Shown here: positions 17,681 to 27,030 of the stretch, piece by piece
How the letters are laid out: each line of letters starts with the position of its first letter
Position numbering within the stretch: the first letter of the stretch is position 1
Made by a program: the position numbers and the translations under genes
Notes under the pieces: generated by a model
Told to the model about the DNA's origin: nothing
The model's database searches: none
The model's input: the letters and a program-made list of their open reading frames with translations, nothing else
Assembly (NCBI GenBank): GCA_964604555.1
Contig: CAZRZK010000012.1
Coordinates: forward strand, 7,870 to 71,869
Source: an uncultured Pseudobdellovibrionaceae bacterium
Lineage (GTDB): Bacteria; Bdellovibrionota; FAC87; UBA2466
Direction of reading: 5' to 3'
DNA: 64,000 bases

Positions 17681-18100
17681 ATGGCCATGCGGATGAGCGA
17701 TACCGACGACGACGCCATCGTCGCTGAGATTAACATCACTCCACTCACCGACGTTGCTTTAGTGCTGTTGATTATTTTCATGATCTCAAGCTCGGCAATG
17801 CTCGAAAGCGGACTGCAGGTCAAACTCCCGTCGGCAAAAGCCAACGCCATTGCCCAAAATTCCAATACCAAACCCACTACCATCACCCTCTCCAAAGATG
17901 GCACGCTCCAGATTAACGAAAAACAGATTCCACCGGAACAACTTGCCGCAACCCTCAAAGAGCAGCTCTCCCAATCGGCCGATAAAACGGTGGTGATTCG
18001 AGGAGACGAATCGATTGTCCTCGGCAAAGCGGTCGAGATCATGGACACCGCCCGTGCCGCAGGCGCTGAAAAGATAGCGGTCGCCACCCAGCCTAAGTAA
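17681..18100 (+). CDS. ExbD/TolR family biopolymer transport protein
   Basis: I chose the start ATG at 17681 (MAMRMSD...). It lies 1 nt after the upstream stop codon and is preceded by AAGGAGG. ExbD/TolR signature INITPLTDVALVLLIIFMI. The track ORF from 17642 is a 5' over-extension. Confidence 0.85.
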   Translation: MAMRMSDTDDDAIVAEINITPLTDVALVLLIIFMISSSAMLESGLQVKLPSAKANAIAQNSNTKPTTITLSKDGTLQINEKQIPPEQLAATLKEQLSQSADKTVVIRGDESIVLGKAVEIMDTARAAGAEKIAVATQPK

Positions 18101-18149
18101 CCCTCAAATTGTCCTTGAAAATTCGGAGCAATAATCCGATATTTCATGC

Positions 18150-19286
18150 ATGGCCGCTTTTATAAAAAGACCCGAAATAACCCAACTCCTCCGTGAACGG
18201 ATTCGAAACAACCCTGTTGTGGCAATCCTTGGGCCACGGCAATGCGGCAAGTCAACCCTGGCTCGTAAACTCCCTTATGAAAACTATCTAGATCTTGAAA
18301 ATCCCCGAGACCTGGCTTTTTTAGAAAATACTCAGACCGCTTTAGAATCCCTAAACGGGCTGACTGTGATTGATGAGGTACAGAAAAAACCAGAGCTCTT
18401 CAGCCTGCTTCGCTATTTAGTGGACCAAAAAAAAGGAGGCCGAAAAAGAAAATTCGTGCTTTTAGGAAGTGCCTCCCAAGAATTGATTCGACAATCCTCT
18501 GAAACCCTCGCTGGAAGGATATCCTATCTATCCATGTCAGGTTTTAGCCTCGAGGAAATCGGCCCGCAAAATCTGAAGCAGCTATGGCTAAGGGGGGGCT
18601 TTCCACGTTCTTATTTAGCCAAAGGGGAAAAAGTAAGTTTACAATGGCGAGACGATTTTATTTCCACCTATCTTGAACGAGACATTCCCCAACTCGGAAT
18701 TACCATCCCTGCACAAACACTTCGACGATTTTGGACCCTCTTAAGCCACTACCATGGTCAAATCATCAACTACTCTGAAATTGCATCTACATTTGGAGTG
18801 AGTGATAAGACAGTTCGTTCGTATATAGAAATCTTGGAAGGAACTTTTATGGTCCGGCAACACTTACCTTGGTTTGAGAACATCGGCAAGAGGCTCGTTA
18901 AAAGCCCCAAGCTATATATTACCGACTCCGGAATTTTTCATTCCTTACAGCAAATCACCTCCTACAAACACCTCCTTTCACAACCTAAACTGGGCGCCTC
19001 TTGGGAGGGATTTGCAATGGAACAATTCATCAAAACGAAGCGACTGGATCCGAAACGGTGTTATTTCTGGGCAACCCACGGAAACGCCGAACTGGACCTG
19101 TTCTGGCAAGAAAAAGGTCAAAACTATGGAGCCGAATTCAAATTTGCAGATGCTCCAACGATGACTAAAAGCCTACACATTGCACTTGAAGACCTTAAAC
19201 TTAAAAAGGCCTGGATTATCTACCCTGGAGATCAAACCTATCCAGTTCATCCTAAAGTTTCGGTAACCCCTTTATTAGAGACGTAA
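18150..19286 (+). CDS. AAA-type ATPase with a C-terminal DUF4143-like domain
   Basis: Walker A is GPRQCGKSTLARK and Walker B-like is LTVIDEVQK. The length and the C-terminal segment (YFWATHGNAELDLF) are typical of the widespread AAA_14/DUF4143 family. Confidence 0.75.
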   Translation: MAAFIKRPEITQLLRERIRNNPVVAILGPRQCGKSTLARKLPYENYLDLENPRDLAFLENTQTALESLNGLTVIDEVQKKPELFSLLRYLVDQKKGGRKRKFVLLGSASQELIRQSSETLAGRISYLSMSGFSLEEIGPQNLKQLWLRGGFPRSYLAKGEKVSLQWRDDFISTYLERDIPQLGITIPAQTLRRFWTLLSHYHGQIINYSEIASTFGVSDKTVRSYIEILEGTFMVRQHLPWFENIGKRLVKSPKLYITDSGIFHSLQQITSYKHLLSQPKLGASWEGFAMEQFIKTKRLDPKRCYFWATHGNAELDLFWQEKGQNYGAEFKFADAPTMTKSLHIALEDLKLKKAWIIYPGDQTYPVHPKVSVTPLLET

Positions 19287-19418
19287 ACCGTCAATCCGAG
19301 CAATGCTTATGCACCCTCAGCCCTCCTCTCCAGCCTAGACCCAGCCGGTCCATCCCTTGCAATTCGCCCCCTTGGACTTTCTTGCCTTAAAGGCGGAAAT
19401 TCTTAAGGAGTGGAGTAA

Positions 19419-20078
19419 ATGAAGCGTTTCATTGGGTGTGGATTGGCCATTGTTTTCGCGGCCATCAGCTGTTCTAAAGACGACAAGCAAACTAACGTGG
19501 AAGGATACTGGAAACTAACCGAAACACGAGTTGCCGGAAAAGTTCAGAACGCAGAAGAGCGATTAAAAATCCTCCATTTTAGCGCCACCGAAATTCGCGA
19601 ATACCGCACAGGCATGAAGGACTTCGCCAACAACACAAAATATCGCGTAGATGGAAAAGATATCGTAGTTAACTTTATAGGGAAAGACCGGAAACTCCCC
19701 TTCACAATGGAAAACAACCGACTCGTCCTCACCATGATCTCCATCTCCATCGACACCACCAATGGAAACCAGACTGAAAAGCAAGACACCGTTGAAACCT
19801 ATGAGCGCATCACACAAGGGTCTGGCGGCGCGAGCGGAATGATTTCGGAGGATCAAAAACAAGGCTCGGGAGGAAGCACCTCTCCCTATTCCGGAGGTTA
19901 TTATAACCCTGGAAATGGAGGCTTTGGTTATAGTTACTCATGCTCAGTGAAATGCGTCAGCGGAATCTGGCAGATTGCCTCTTCATGTGAAAGCGGCAGC
20001 TGCCCGCTTCACAGCTCGCACCTCGGCCAATCCTGTGGCGGTGGCTACGAAGAAGAAACATACGATCGCTGTCAGTAA
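19419..20078 (+). CDS. lipoprotein with a lipocalin-like N-terminal part and a Gly/Ser/Cys-rich tail
   Basis: Lipobox FAAISC. EGYWKLTE-type start as in small lipocalin-like lipoproteins. The C-terminal 80 aa are rich in G/S/Y and contain 7 Cys. Confidence 0.6.
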   Translation: MKRFIGCGLAIVFAAISCSKDDKQTNVEGYWKLTETRVAGKVQNAEERLKILHFSATEIREYRTGMKDFANNTKYRVDGKDIVVNFIGKDRKLPFTMENNRLVLTMISISIDTTNGNQTEKQDTVETYERITQGSGGASGMISEDQKQGSGGSTSPYSGGYYNPGNGGFGYSYSCSVKCVSGIWQIASSCESGSCPLHSSHLGQSCGGGYEEETYDRCQ

Positions 20079-20082
20079 AAGC

Positions 20083-20178
20083 GTTGTCTTTGCGAGGCCA
20101 GCGAATGCTTGACCTCTGCCATCCATTCTGACTCTTGTTCTTGCGAGGAACGAGCGAAGCGAGTGACGCGGCAATCGC
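20083..20178. repeat. two degenerate direct units of the GTCATTGCGAGG-type repeat family
   Basis: GTTGTCTTTGCGAGGCCAGCGAATGCTTGACC at 20083-20114, and GTTCTTGCGAGGAACGAGCGAAGCGAGTGACGCGGCAATCGCG at 20137-20178. Confidence 0.55.
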
Positions 20179-20245
20179 GTCCTTTTCTACAAAAGCCAAG
20201 CATTTCTGATAAAATAATTGAGCACAATCTTACTCCTGCTCAATC

Positions 20246-22366
20246 ATGATTAAACTTGTTCCCATCACTAAAGAAGACATTCTTGCCATGCTGGCAATCG
20301 CCATTTCATATGTGCTCGCATTCTTCCGAGTGCGACCGATTGCGTTGAGTGACCCTGACCAATACATGCATCTCGCCATTGCACGTTTAGTGGCAGAGCA
20401 GGGAGGACTCATCAATGCCTTGCCGCAGGCAGACAACCTCGGCTGGAAAACCGACTACCCCAACCCCTATCCGTTATTTCACACAATCGCGGGGCTCCTT
20501 TACAAAATGGGAGGTCTGCTAGGAGTCAAACTTCTAGTTCCCATCGTCGCGGTGAGCCTCCTGCTCATCCTTTACCTCTACCTACGGAAGTCTTTTTCTC
20601 CGGCTCTTTCTTTTTTGCTCACCCTTTACTTGATCCTCATTCCCGACTTTCTCAATCGTCTTATCATCCTACGCCCCTTCCTGTTTGGAATATCTCTTTA
20701 CATGATGATGCTTTTTTCCATTATGTCTCGGCGGCCGATTTTGCTTGGGCTTTTTTGTGCGCTCTATTGCTTGTCTTATCACCTCCTCTATATTCCCGGG
20801 ATCGTCATCTGCATGGTGGGCGTGGTCGAATATGCCGAGCACCGAACATGGAGAGCTCTTAAGATGACCGCGGGAGGGCTCATTGGCCTAACTGTGGGCA
20901 TCATTCTGGATCCCACTTTTCCAAATAACATCGTTGCAGCGTTGATTACCGCCCATGAAGCATCGAACCAACAGTTGATTCCACCCCATTTAAGACCGAT
21001 TGAGCTCTTCCCTCTCTCTCTCTCTCGAGCCCTTAGGAATTTTGGGGGATTACTTGCATGGTATCCGATTACTTTAATCCTTCTAATAATGAATCTGAGG
21101 AAAAAAAAGAGCCTATTGCCGATCGATTGGGCTTCGCTGGGACCTCTTCCTATTCTCTTTTGTTTATCTCTATTTTTCTGGGGCCTCTGCTCTCTATCCA
21201 TGCGAGCAATCGAGTATTCTATTCCAACAACCGTACTCTACATCGGCGCACTCCTCGCCTTTCAACGTTCCAGTACTTGGCTCCGGTCGGCAACCCTGAT
21301 TCTTCTAGCGCCTCTTCTGCACATTGCCATTCCGTTCTTCGCCTCGCCCATCCCCATGCGGGATGCCATCATGGACTCAGAAACGGTTCAAGCGCTTCCC
21401 ATAGAAGGATCTAGAAAGAAGGTTTTAAATTGTGAGTGGTATACCTCTCCCCACATTCTCTATCATCGTCCGACCTACCGATTCGTGGATATCAACGATC
21501 CAACTATGTTGGCAGAAAAATCTCCCGAGTTTTTCTCTCTTCGAGAGTCTTTTCGGAGTGGAAAACTGCCCTATCCCTTCGGCGTCGCCCGTTTCGCCTT
21601 CGATGCCGATTACGTTCTCTGCTCACACCCTAATGGCATCGAACAGCTGGAGCTCGATCCCCATTTCGACAGAATCTTCCCCGCCTCTTACCTTCCATAC
21701 ACCCAGAGGAGACCAGGAGTCCTCTATCTCTATAAAATAGCGGAGCAACCCTCGCTATCTCATGTCTTTGATTTTGAGTTCAATGAGCACGTATCAAACG
21801 AAGAATTAACCTCGCCCTCAAAGTTAAATAGTTCGTGGAAACCGCTAAATATGCAGTCGCACTTAATTGATAAAAAGGCTCGATCCCCTTATCTGAATCT
21901 ATCTCGGCTGCTGACTCCGCCGCCCACTGACCGTAACCTCTCTCATTCGCCCTCTAACTGTGTCACCGTTCGTCCTACTGCCGAGGAAATGAGAAACCAT
22001 CAAAAAACAGATCTAGTAGGACTGGGTGGAGGCCCGGAGATTCGTCTCTGGTGGAACGGTAAAATGATGCTGACAGCTTCCCCTCCTAAATATGCGTCAC
22101 CCAGGATGCAGGGCATCTTTATCGAACTCCCCAGGCCCCTCAATGAAAACGACCAGATTGAAGCCACCATTTGTTCAGAAAATCCCGAGGCATTAGCCTT
22201 TTCTCTCTCCCTAATGACAAAAAACGATCTTGTCTCGTTCTGCAAAAATAGGGGTAAGGAACCACGTGATAATAGATGGGATGTGAAATCGGGATCCAAG
22301 CCGGTAGAAACGACCTGCCTCGGATCGATTTATCGAGTCCAACGCGCTCCCAAGATCAGTGAGTAA
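20246..22366 (+). CDS. large polytopic membrane protein, putative GT-C-fold glycosyltransferase, with a ~320-aa soluble C-terminal domain
   Basis: 706 aa with about 12 predicted TM segments. An acidic motif (SDPDQYMH) sits in the first loop after TM1, as in ArnT/PMT-type GT-C enzymes. The gene is adjacent to a GT2 with C-terminal TM helices. The functional call is an inference. Confidence 0.4.
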   Translation: MIKLVPITKEDILAMLAIAISYVLAFFRVRPIALSDPDQYMHLAIARLVAEQGGLINALPQADNLGWKTDYPNPYPLFHTIAGLLYKMGGLLGVKLLVPIVAVSLLLILYLYLRKSFSPALSFLLTLYLILIPDFLNRLIILRPFLFGISLYMMMLFSIMSRRPILLGLFCALYCLSYHLLYIPGIVICMVGVVEYAEHRTWRALKMTAGGLIGLTVGIILDPTFPNNIVAALITAHEASNQQLIPPHLRPIELFPLSLSRALRNFGGLLAWYPITLILLIMNLRKKKSLLPIDWASLGPLPILFCLSLFFWGLCSLSMRAIEYSIPTTVLYIGALLAFQRSSTWLRSATLILLAPLLHIAIPFFASPIPMRDAIMDSETVQALPIEGSRKKVLNCEWYTSPHILYHRPTYRFVDINDPTMLAEKSPEFFSLRESFRSGKLPYPFGVARFAFDADYVLCSHPNGIEQLELDPHFDRIFPASYLPYTQRRPGVLYLYKIAEQPSLSHVFDFEFNEHVSNEELTSPSKLNSSWKPLNMQSHLIDKKARSPYLNLSRLLTPPPTDRNLSHSPSNCVTVRPTAEEMRNHQKTDLVGLGGGPEIRLWWNGKMMLTASPPKYASPRMQGIFIELPRPLNENDQIEATICSENPEALAFSLSLMTKNDLVSFCKNRGKEPRDNRWDVKSGSKPVETTCLGSIYRVQRAPKISE

Positions 22367-23585
22367 ACTGTCGACGATTTTCGTTGGATTGCGGGATGAG
22401 CCCCAAAATGCCCAGTCCAATATCTAATACGAAAAAGCCGGTCGCCACCACGGTAAAGATCATGATCCGAATGACCGCCCCAATCTCATTCAATGCACCC
22501 CAGTTTGCTTTTTTCCATTGAAAAAAGAGGAAGAGGATTTCAGCAAAAGTCAGGCCCATAAAAAAAAGAGCGATGAGGATCGGGACACTCCGATCTCCCA
22601 TCCTCTTTACCCTTTGAATGAGAGCTAACTCCTTCCCATGACAGGAGGAAGGCAGCGCAATTTTTATCAGCAAGACCGATAGCGCGATTAGGATCGGGGG
22701 GACTGATAATGCGATAGAAACAAGCGCCGTATGATAGAGCGTGGGTTTGGTAGGAAAGAAAAAACCCTGGAGCGAAAGGGCAAAAGACACAATAAGAAGA
22801 ACCGCGCTCATACAAAGGGGAAAGGCAACCATCAATTTGGATGAGATGTGGGTCAAAATAAACCGCAAGTGCCTCCAACCATCTCGCCAAGGGCGAAGGT
22901 GGGGAGCGGTGTCCCTCCCATCTTTCCCAAATCGGATGGGCACCTCTACGCACCGCAAATCGATCCCTTTGGCGCGAATCAACATTTCCGACGCATATTC
23001 CATCCCAGGGCAAAGCAGCCCAAGCCTTTCATACAGTTCACGTTTCAGCGCTCTCATCCCGCTATTGCAATCTGACGTGGGCAGTTTAAAAAAAGTACGG
23101 ATCAAAAAAGAGAGGACGGGAGTTCCCGCGTAACGATTGAGAAAGGGCATCGCTCCTGGCGCGATGTCGCCGCGGAGACGGGTCCCTAATACAAAATCGG
23201 CTTTGTCCGACATCAGCGGTTCGATCAGATCCAAAATTTGATCAAAGGGGTAAGAAAGATCGGCGTCAGCAAATACGACCCAACGATACTGGGCGGCTAA
23301 AATCCCAGCGTTTAAGGCGGCCCCGTAGCCTCGGGTGGAAACGGAAATAACTCTCGCCCCCGCCGCGCGAGCTCGCTCCACCGAATGATCTTGGCTTCCA
23401 TTATCGGACACGATCACTTCACCGGAATAGCGAGAATCTCGCAGTGTCTGCAAGGCAATTTCAATACATCGCCCTATTGTCTTCTCTTCATTCAGGCAAG
23501 GCATCACCACACTGATCCCCTCGAGATAAGGGCTCTCAGTGCGCCGAAACTCAGTGCGATGGAGGGTTGGATCGATAGTCTTCAT
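22356..23585 (-). CDS. glycosyltransferase family 2 with C-terminal TM helices (polyprenyl-phosphate sugar synthase type, GtrB/ArnC/Dpm1-like)
   Basis: GT2 N-terminus ISVVMPCLNEEKTIGRCIE...VIVSDNGSQDHS...VFADADLSY. About 170 aa with several TM helices follow. Confidence 0.75.
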   Translation of the reverse strand: MKTIDPTLHRTEFRRTESPYLEGISVVMPCLNEEKTIGRCIEIALQTLRDSRYSGEVIVSDNGSQDHSVERARAAGARVISVSTRGYGAALNAGILAAQYRWVVFADADLSYPFDQILDLIEPLMSDKADFVLGTRLRGDIAPGAMPFLNRYAGTPVLSFLIRTFFKLPTSDCNSGMRALKRELYERLGLLCPGMEYASEMLIRAKGIDLRCVEVPIRFGKDGRDTAPHLRPWRDGWRHLRFILTHISSKLMVAFPLCMSAVLLIVSFALSLQGFFFPTKPTLYHTALVSIALSVPPILIALSVLLIKIALPSSCHGKELALIQRVKRMGDRSVPILIALFFMGLTFAEILFLFFQWKKANWGALNEIGAVIRIMIFTVVATGFFVLDIGLGILGLIPQSNENRRQFTH

Positions 23586-23706
23586 CTACACCCAGCACAA
23601 TAAATTCAGTTTAAAAAAAGAATGGCCAGAAAATAGCCGACAAATACCTACGTTAATATATCACAGGGGCGGCAAAACTTTTTTGCGCTCCGCAGTGCAC
23701 GAAGAA

Positions 23707-24294
23707 CTAACCTCTTTCCCAAAGCGATAAAAACTGTAATCGATTCGTCGCAAAGCCAATGGGCCCTCTATTGCAATGGAGCGGATGGATGCGACCTATC
23801 TCCTTAAACCCACACTCTGAAATGAGCGAGCTCCACTCCCATCCCTTTTGATAGTGGTAAAGTGAGGGAACCCCAAACCGCCGATTCCCGATTTCGTCGA
23901 GCAAGCAAAGAGATAGCCAGCCAGCCAAGTTTGAGTAGGTATGATCTTTGAGGAGAAAAAAACGCCCTGAACAACGCAATAGTTCCCTCAAAGCGGCCAG
24001 TGGATCTGGACAATGGTGTAGCACATCGAGGCTGTAGATGAGGTCGAATTGAGCATCGACGAACGGCAGCTTTTCCCCGTCATAAAGACGCGGTTTCACT
24101 AGGGCTTTTTCTCTCTCTTTGACATCGATCGGTGTCACCTCCTCCGCCAAACCATGTTGGCGAAATTGGAAAGTAAACCATCCATCGCCGGATCCAAAAT
24201 CGAGCGCCGAACGAAATCGCCCATAGGGGCCTAAAAGCCCTATCATCTCTTGAAAAATTCGATTCTGGTAAGGAGTTCCTTTGGGAGCACTCAT
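23707..24294 (-). CDS. class I SAM-dependent methyltransferase
   Basis: 195 aa. SAM motif I-like ALDFGSGDGWF, and post-I/II region IYSLDVLHHCPDP. Confidence 0.7.
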   Translation of the reverse strand: MSAPKGTPYQNRIFQEMIGLLGPYGRFRSALDFGSGDGWFTFQFRQHGLAEEVTPIDVKEREKALVKPRLYDGEKLPFVDAQFDLIYSLDVLHHCPDPLAALRELLRCSGRFFLLKDHTYSNLAGWLSLCLLDEIGNRRFGVPSLYHYQKGWEWSSLISECGFKEIGRIHPLHCNRGPIGFATNRLQFLSLWERG

Positions 24295-25439
24295 GCAATC
24301 TGCCTCTGAAGGCTTAGATGGCCATTCACTAATTCCGAAAAGGTATCAAAATAAATACCGGCACATTTTTCCCAATCCCAATGCTTGCGGACAACCTCAG
24401 AAACACGGGCTCGGAGCGCCTCAAGATCGTCGGGGGCTTTCTCTATTCCCTTCAGCAAATGGGTCAGGCTTTCAATTTCCGGATGACAGGCATAAACCGC
24501 TCCATTCAATTCCGGAACGCCGCTCACCGTTTCTTCAGAAAGGAGCGCGGGAGTTCCGCATGCCATCGACTCTTGAACGACCAATGGGAATCCTTCACCT
24601 ACCGAAGGGAGAATCAAGAGATCTGAGACTTGATACCACGGAAGGATCTGATCTTGACGGAGTCGACCCACGGTCGTGACATGGTCGAACTTCCAGTTAG
24701 CTGGATCGAGGGGGCCCGATCCAATGAATACCCAATTCAGATGGGGAAATCGAGATGCCAGTTCTCTTAGCAATGAAATCCCTTTCTTCTCGATAAACCG
24801 TCCGACAAAGAGAACAGTGAGGCGATTCGGGAACGGGAGAAGCTGCCGCCTACGACACACTCGCTCCCACGATTCCAACGGCACGAATAGACTCCTGTCC
24901 ACGCCATTTGCTACAATTTGAGGTTTCGTCCGGAACGAAAGAAAACGAGTGAAATACGATTTTATCCGTTCATTCAAAAAGACGATTCGATCCGATCCCT
25001 TCATTACCACTCGGGAAAAAAGATGGTGCATAGAAAATAAAATTCCACGCAGCAATGGATTCGAATAGGGAACAAAGGCAATGTGTTGCGTTAACAGAAT
25101 GGGAACCCGATGGAATTTGGCGGCGACGAAACCGATCACGCAATTCAGGTAAAGGGATTCATGAAGATGGAGGACCTCACATTGTTTGACCTCCTTCCAG
25201 ATCCGAATCACCTCCGACGGGCGCGGGAAAGGATAAGGGATTCCTCTGGCACTGAGCGGATCCCAGCTTTTAATTGGGACACGATCGAACGAAGGTTCAT
25301 TTTTCAGAATTGGCTCCTCGGCTGCCAGCCAACGCACCTTAACCCCGCGTGCGGAAAGCCGCCGCGCCAGTTGTCCTGCAACGATCTCTATCCCTCCGCC
25401 GTGTTCCTCGAAATAGTGGCTGATAATCAGCAGCTTCAT
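24291..25439 (-). CDS. glycosyltransferase family 4 (GT-B fold)
   Basis: 382 aa. C-terminal GT1/GT4 signature LILPSVGEGFPLVVQESMACGTPAL. There are 4-nt overlaps with both neighbouring genes. Confidence 0.8.
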   Translation of the reverse strand: MKLLIISHYFEEHGGGIEIVAGQLARRLSARGVKVRWLAAEEPILKNEPSFDRVPIKSWDPLSARGIPYPFPRPSEVIRIWKEVKQCEVLHLHESLYLNCVIGFVAAKFHRVPILLTQHIAFVPYSNPLLRGILFSMHHLFSRVVMKGSDRIVFLNERIKSYFTRFLSFRTKPQIVANGVDRSLFVPLESWERVCRRRQLLPFPNRLTVLFVGRFIEKKGISLLRELASRFPHLNWVFIGSGPLDPANWKFDHVTTVGRLRQDQILPWYQVSDLLILPSVGEGFPLVVQESMACGTPALLSEETVSGVPELNGAVYACHPEIESLTHLLKGIEKAPDDLEALRARVSEVVRKHWDWEKCAGIYFDTFSELVNGHLSLQRQIA

Positions 25440-26263
25440 GATGGGATTAAGCTGGCTTCGGAGCTGGTTGGCTTATGAGAAAGGGTTAAATAGATACAAG
25501 CATTGGATTCCCGAATTGAAAAAGGCGTGATGCCATCCTCAAGCATCATTCGAACATTCATGAGAGAGGCAACTACGGGTAAAAATAAGGCCTTTGCCAA
25601 TGGAATGCGCTCGAAAAAGTGGGAAATTCCCAGGAGACGAAATTCGGTCGTCCAGGCCAGCGGCCCCATGATCGGATGGGTGATCTTGGGAGAAAAGCCC
25701 CGGGCCTCGATCTCTTTTTCAAGTCCCTGTTTTGTCCATCGTCGATAATCCCCAGGGTGCGGGTGATACAACCAGGAACCGTGCGTCGACAAAAGGAGCC
25801 ATCCTCCTGGTTTGAGCAACCTCCAACATTCCCCCAAATACCATTCAAGATCCCAAATATGTTCTAAGACTTGAAAGGAAACAATCCCATCCGCCATTTG
25901 AGGGGGAAGTGGTACAGGCTTACCAGGTTCGATGAGGACATCCGGACTGCCCCCAATATCGCATCCAATATACCGTCCCCCGCGGGACGAAAACAGCTCT
26001 TTATAAGGGAGATCACCGCAACCGATATCAACAAGGGTGGGGTTCGACTGAGTGAGCGCACAAGACTCGATGACTTTCTCCACTGCAAGTTTCAGCTCAC
26101 GGCGGGGATACCAATCATGTTGCCAAAAATGTAATTTTAATTGTTTGTCCCCCAATCCTTTAGAGGCCAAAGCGGCAAGGGGATCAACGGGTTGGTCGAG
26201 GGCTTGAGTTGAATGGGTGGGCATCCAAGAAAAATTATACCTTCTTGGCGAAACGCGCTGCAA
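25436..26263 (-). CDS. class I SAM-dependent methyltransferase
   Basis: 275 aa. Motif I is LVDIGCGDLPY, followed by IVSFQVLEHIWD and LKPGGWLLLST. Confidence 0.75.
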   Translation of the reverse strand: MQRVSPRRYNFSWMPTHSTQALDQPVDPLAALASKGLGDKQLKLHFWQHDWYPRRELKLAVEKVIESCALTQSNPTLVDIGCGDLPYKELFSSRGGRYIGCDIGGSPDVLIEPGKPVPLPPQMADGIVSFQVLEHIWDLEWYLGECWRLLKPGGWLLLSTHGSWLYHPHPGDYRRWTKQGLEKEIEARGFSPKITHPIMGPLAWTTEFRLLGISHFFERIPLAKALFLPVVASLMNVRMMLEDGITPFSIRESNACIYLTLSHKPTSSEASLIPS

Positions 26264-26287
26264 GGAGAAGGAAAAACTTTCTCAAAT

Positions 26288-26321
26288 AAAAAAGGGGAAG
26301 CCAAATGGCTTCCCCTTTTTA
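26288..26321 (-). terminator. rho-independent terminator downstream of the pilin gene (usable in both directions)
   Basis: GGGGAAGCC-AAAT-GGCTTCCCC is a 9-bp GC-rich stem flanked by an A run and a T run. On the minus strand it is followed by TTTTTATTTG. Confidence 0.7.
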
Positions 26322-26337
26322 AATCGTAAAGATAAGC

Positions 26338-26943
26338 TTATGCTCCATCTTGCGTATTTGTGACGACTCGCTGGTCGGTCATCGTCCAAACATCTTGGCA
26401 GGCGGCAGACCCACTGCAAGTTATAGGACTATTGCGATTAGACCCTGGTTTGATGGGCCCAGTCGCCGTTGCAGTGTAAGTAGTTCCATCCCCGAAAGTT
26501 CCTTCAGCACATGCTAAGCTACTAGACATATTGGCTTCCGCACCTTGGAAGGTTTCATAATACGCTGCCTGACCGGTATAATAGGCAGGAAATGCTGAGT
26601 TTAAGGCTGAGCCGTTCGCGTGATTGGTAGGATCGGGAAGATATCCTTGATCATTGCACACATTGCCGGCCGGAAAACCGACCGAATAGACTCGCCCGCC
26701 TGTTCCTTCAAATTCAAACCCAAGCTTTGTCAGTCGATTGCCATAAGTATTGTATTCGGTGCTGAAGGCCTGCTCGACCGTATAAATTCCGCCTAATGCG
26801 ACTTTCGCCTCGGTCTTCTTGGCTTTCGCCACCATCTTCCTGAAGGTAGGGACGCCCATCGTCGACAGTACGCCGATAATAGCGACCACGATTAAAAGTT
26901 CTACGAGTGAAAATCCGCGCACGTATTTTCGGATAGATGCCAT
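26338..26943 (-). CDS. type IV pilin-like protein (prepilin-type N-terminal cleavage/methylation domain)
   Basis: Leader MASIRKYVRG, then FSLVELLIVVAIIGVLSTMGVP (class III signal peptide). Two Cys pairs lie in the C-terminal half. Confidence 0.85.
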   Translation of the reverse strand: MASIRKYVRGFSLVELLIVVAIIGVLSTMGVPTFRKMVAKAKKTEAKVALGGIYTVEQAFSTEYNTYGNRLTKLGFEFEGTGGRVYSVGFPAGNVCNDQGYLPDPTNHANGSALNSAFPAYYTGQAAYYETFQGAEANMSSSLACAEGTFGDGTTYTATATGPIKPGSNRNSPITCSGSAACQDVWTMTDQRVVTNTQDGA

Positions 26944-27030
26944 TGATTTCTCCTAGATTTGCTTGAAACTAGACAGGACTTAGAACAACATCTTAATTAT
27001 ATCCGATTTTGAAATAAAGATATTAACCCA

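Noticed and set aside
17440-18147. 235-aa minus-strand ORF antisense to the TolQ/TolR-type genes. Similar long antisense ORFs occur at 36295-37224 (309 aa), 44887-45495 (202 aa), 44408-44944, 28644-29183, 6550-6996, 7165-7629, 14151-14621 and 41008-41466.
   Set aside because: Each lies entirely opposite a gene with strong family motifs, lacks motifs of its own, and has skewed composition (Ser/Arg/Ala/Gly-rich). These are shadow ORFs.
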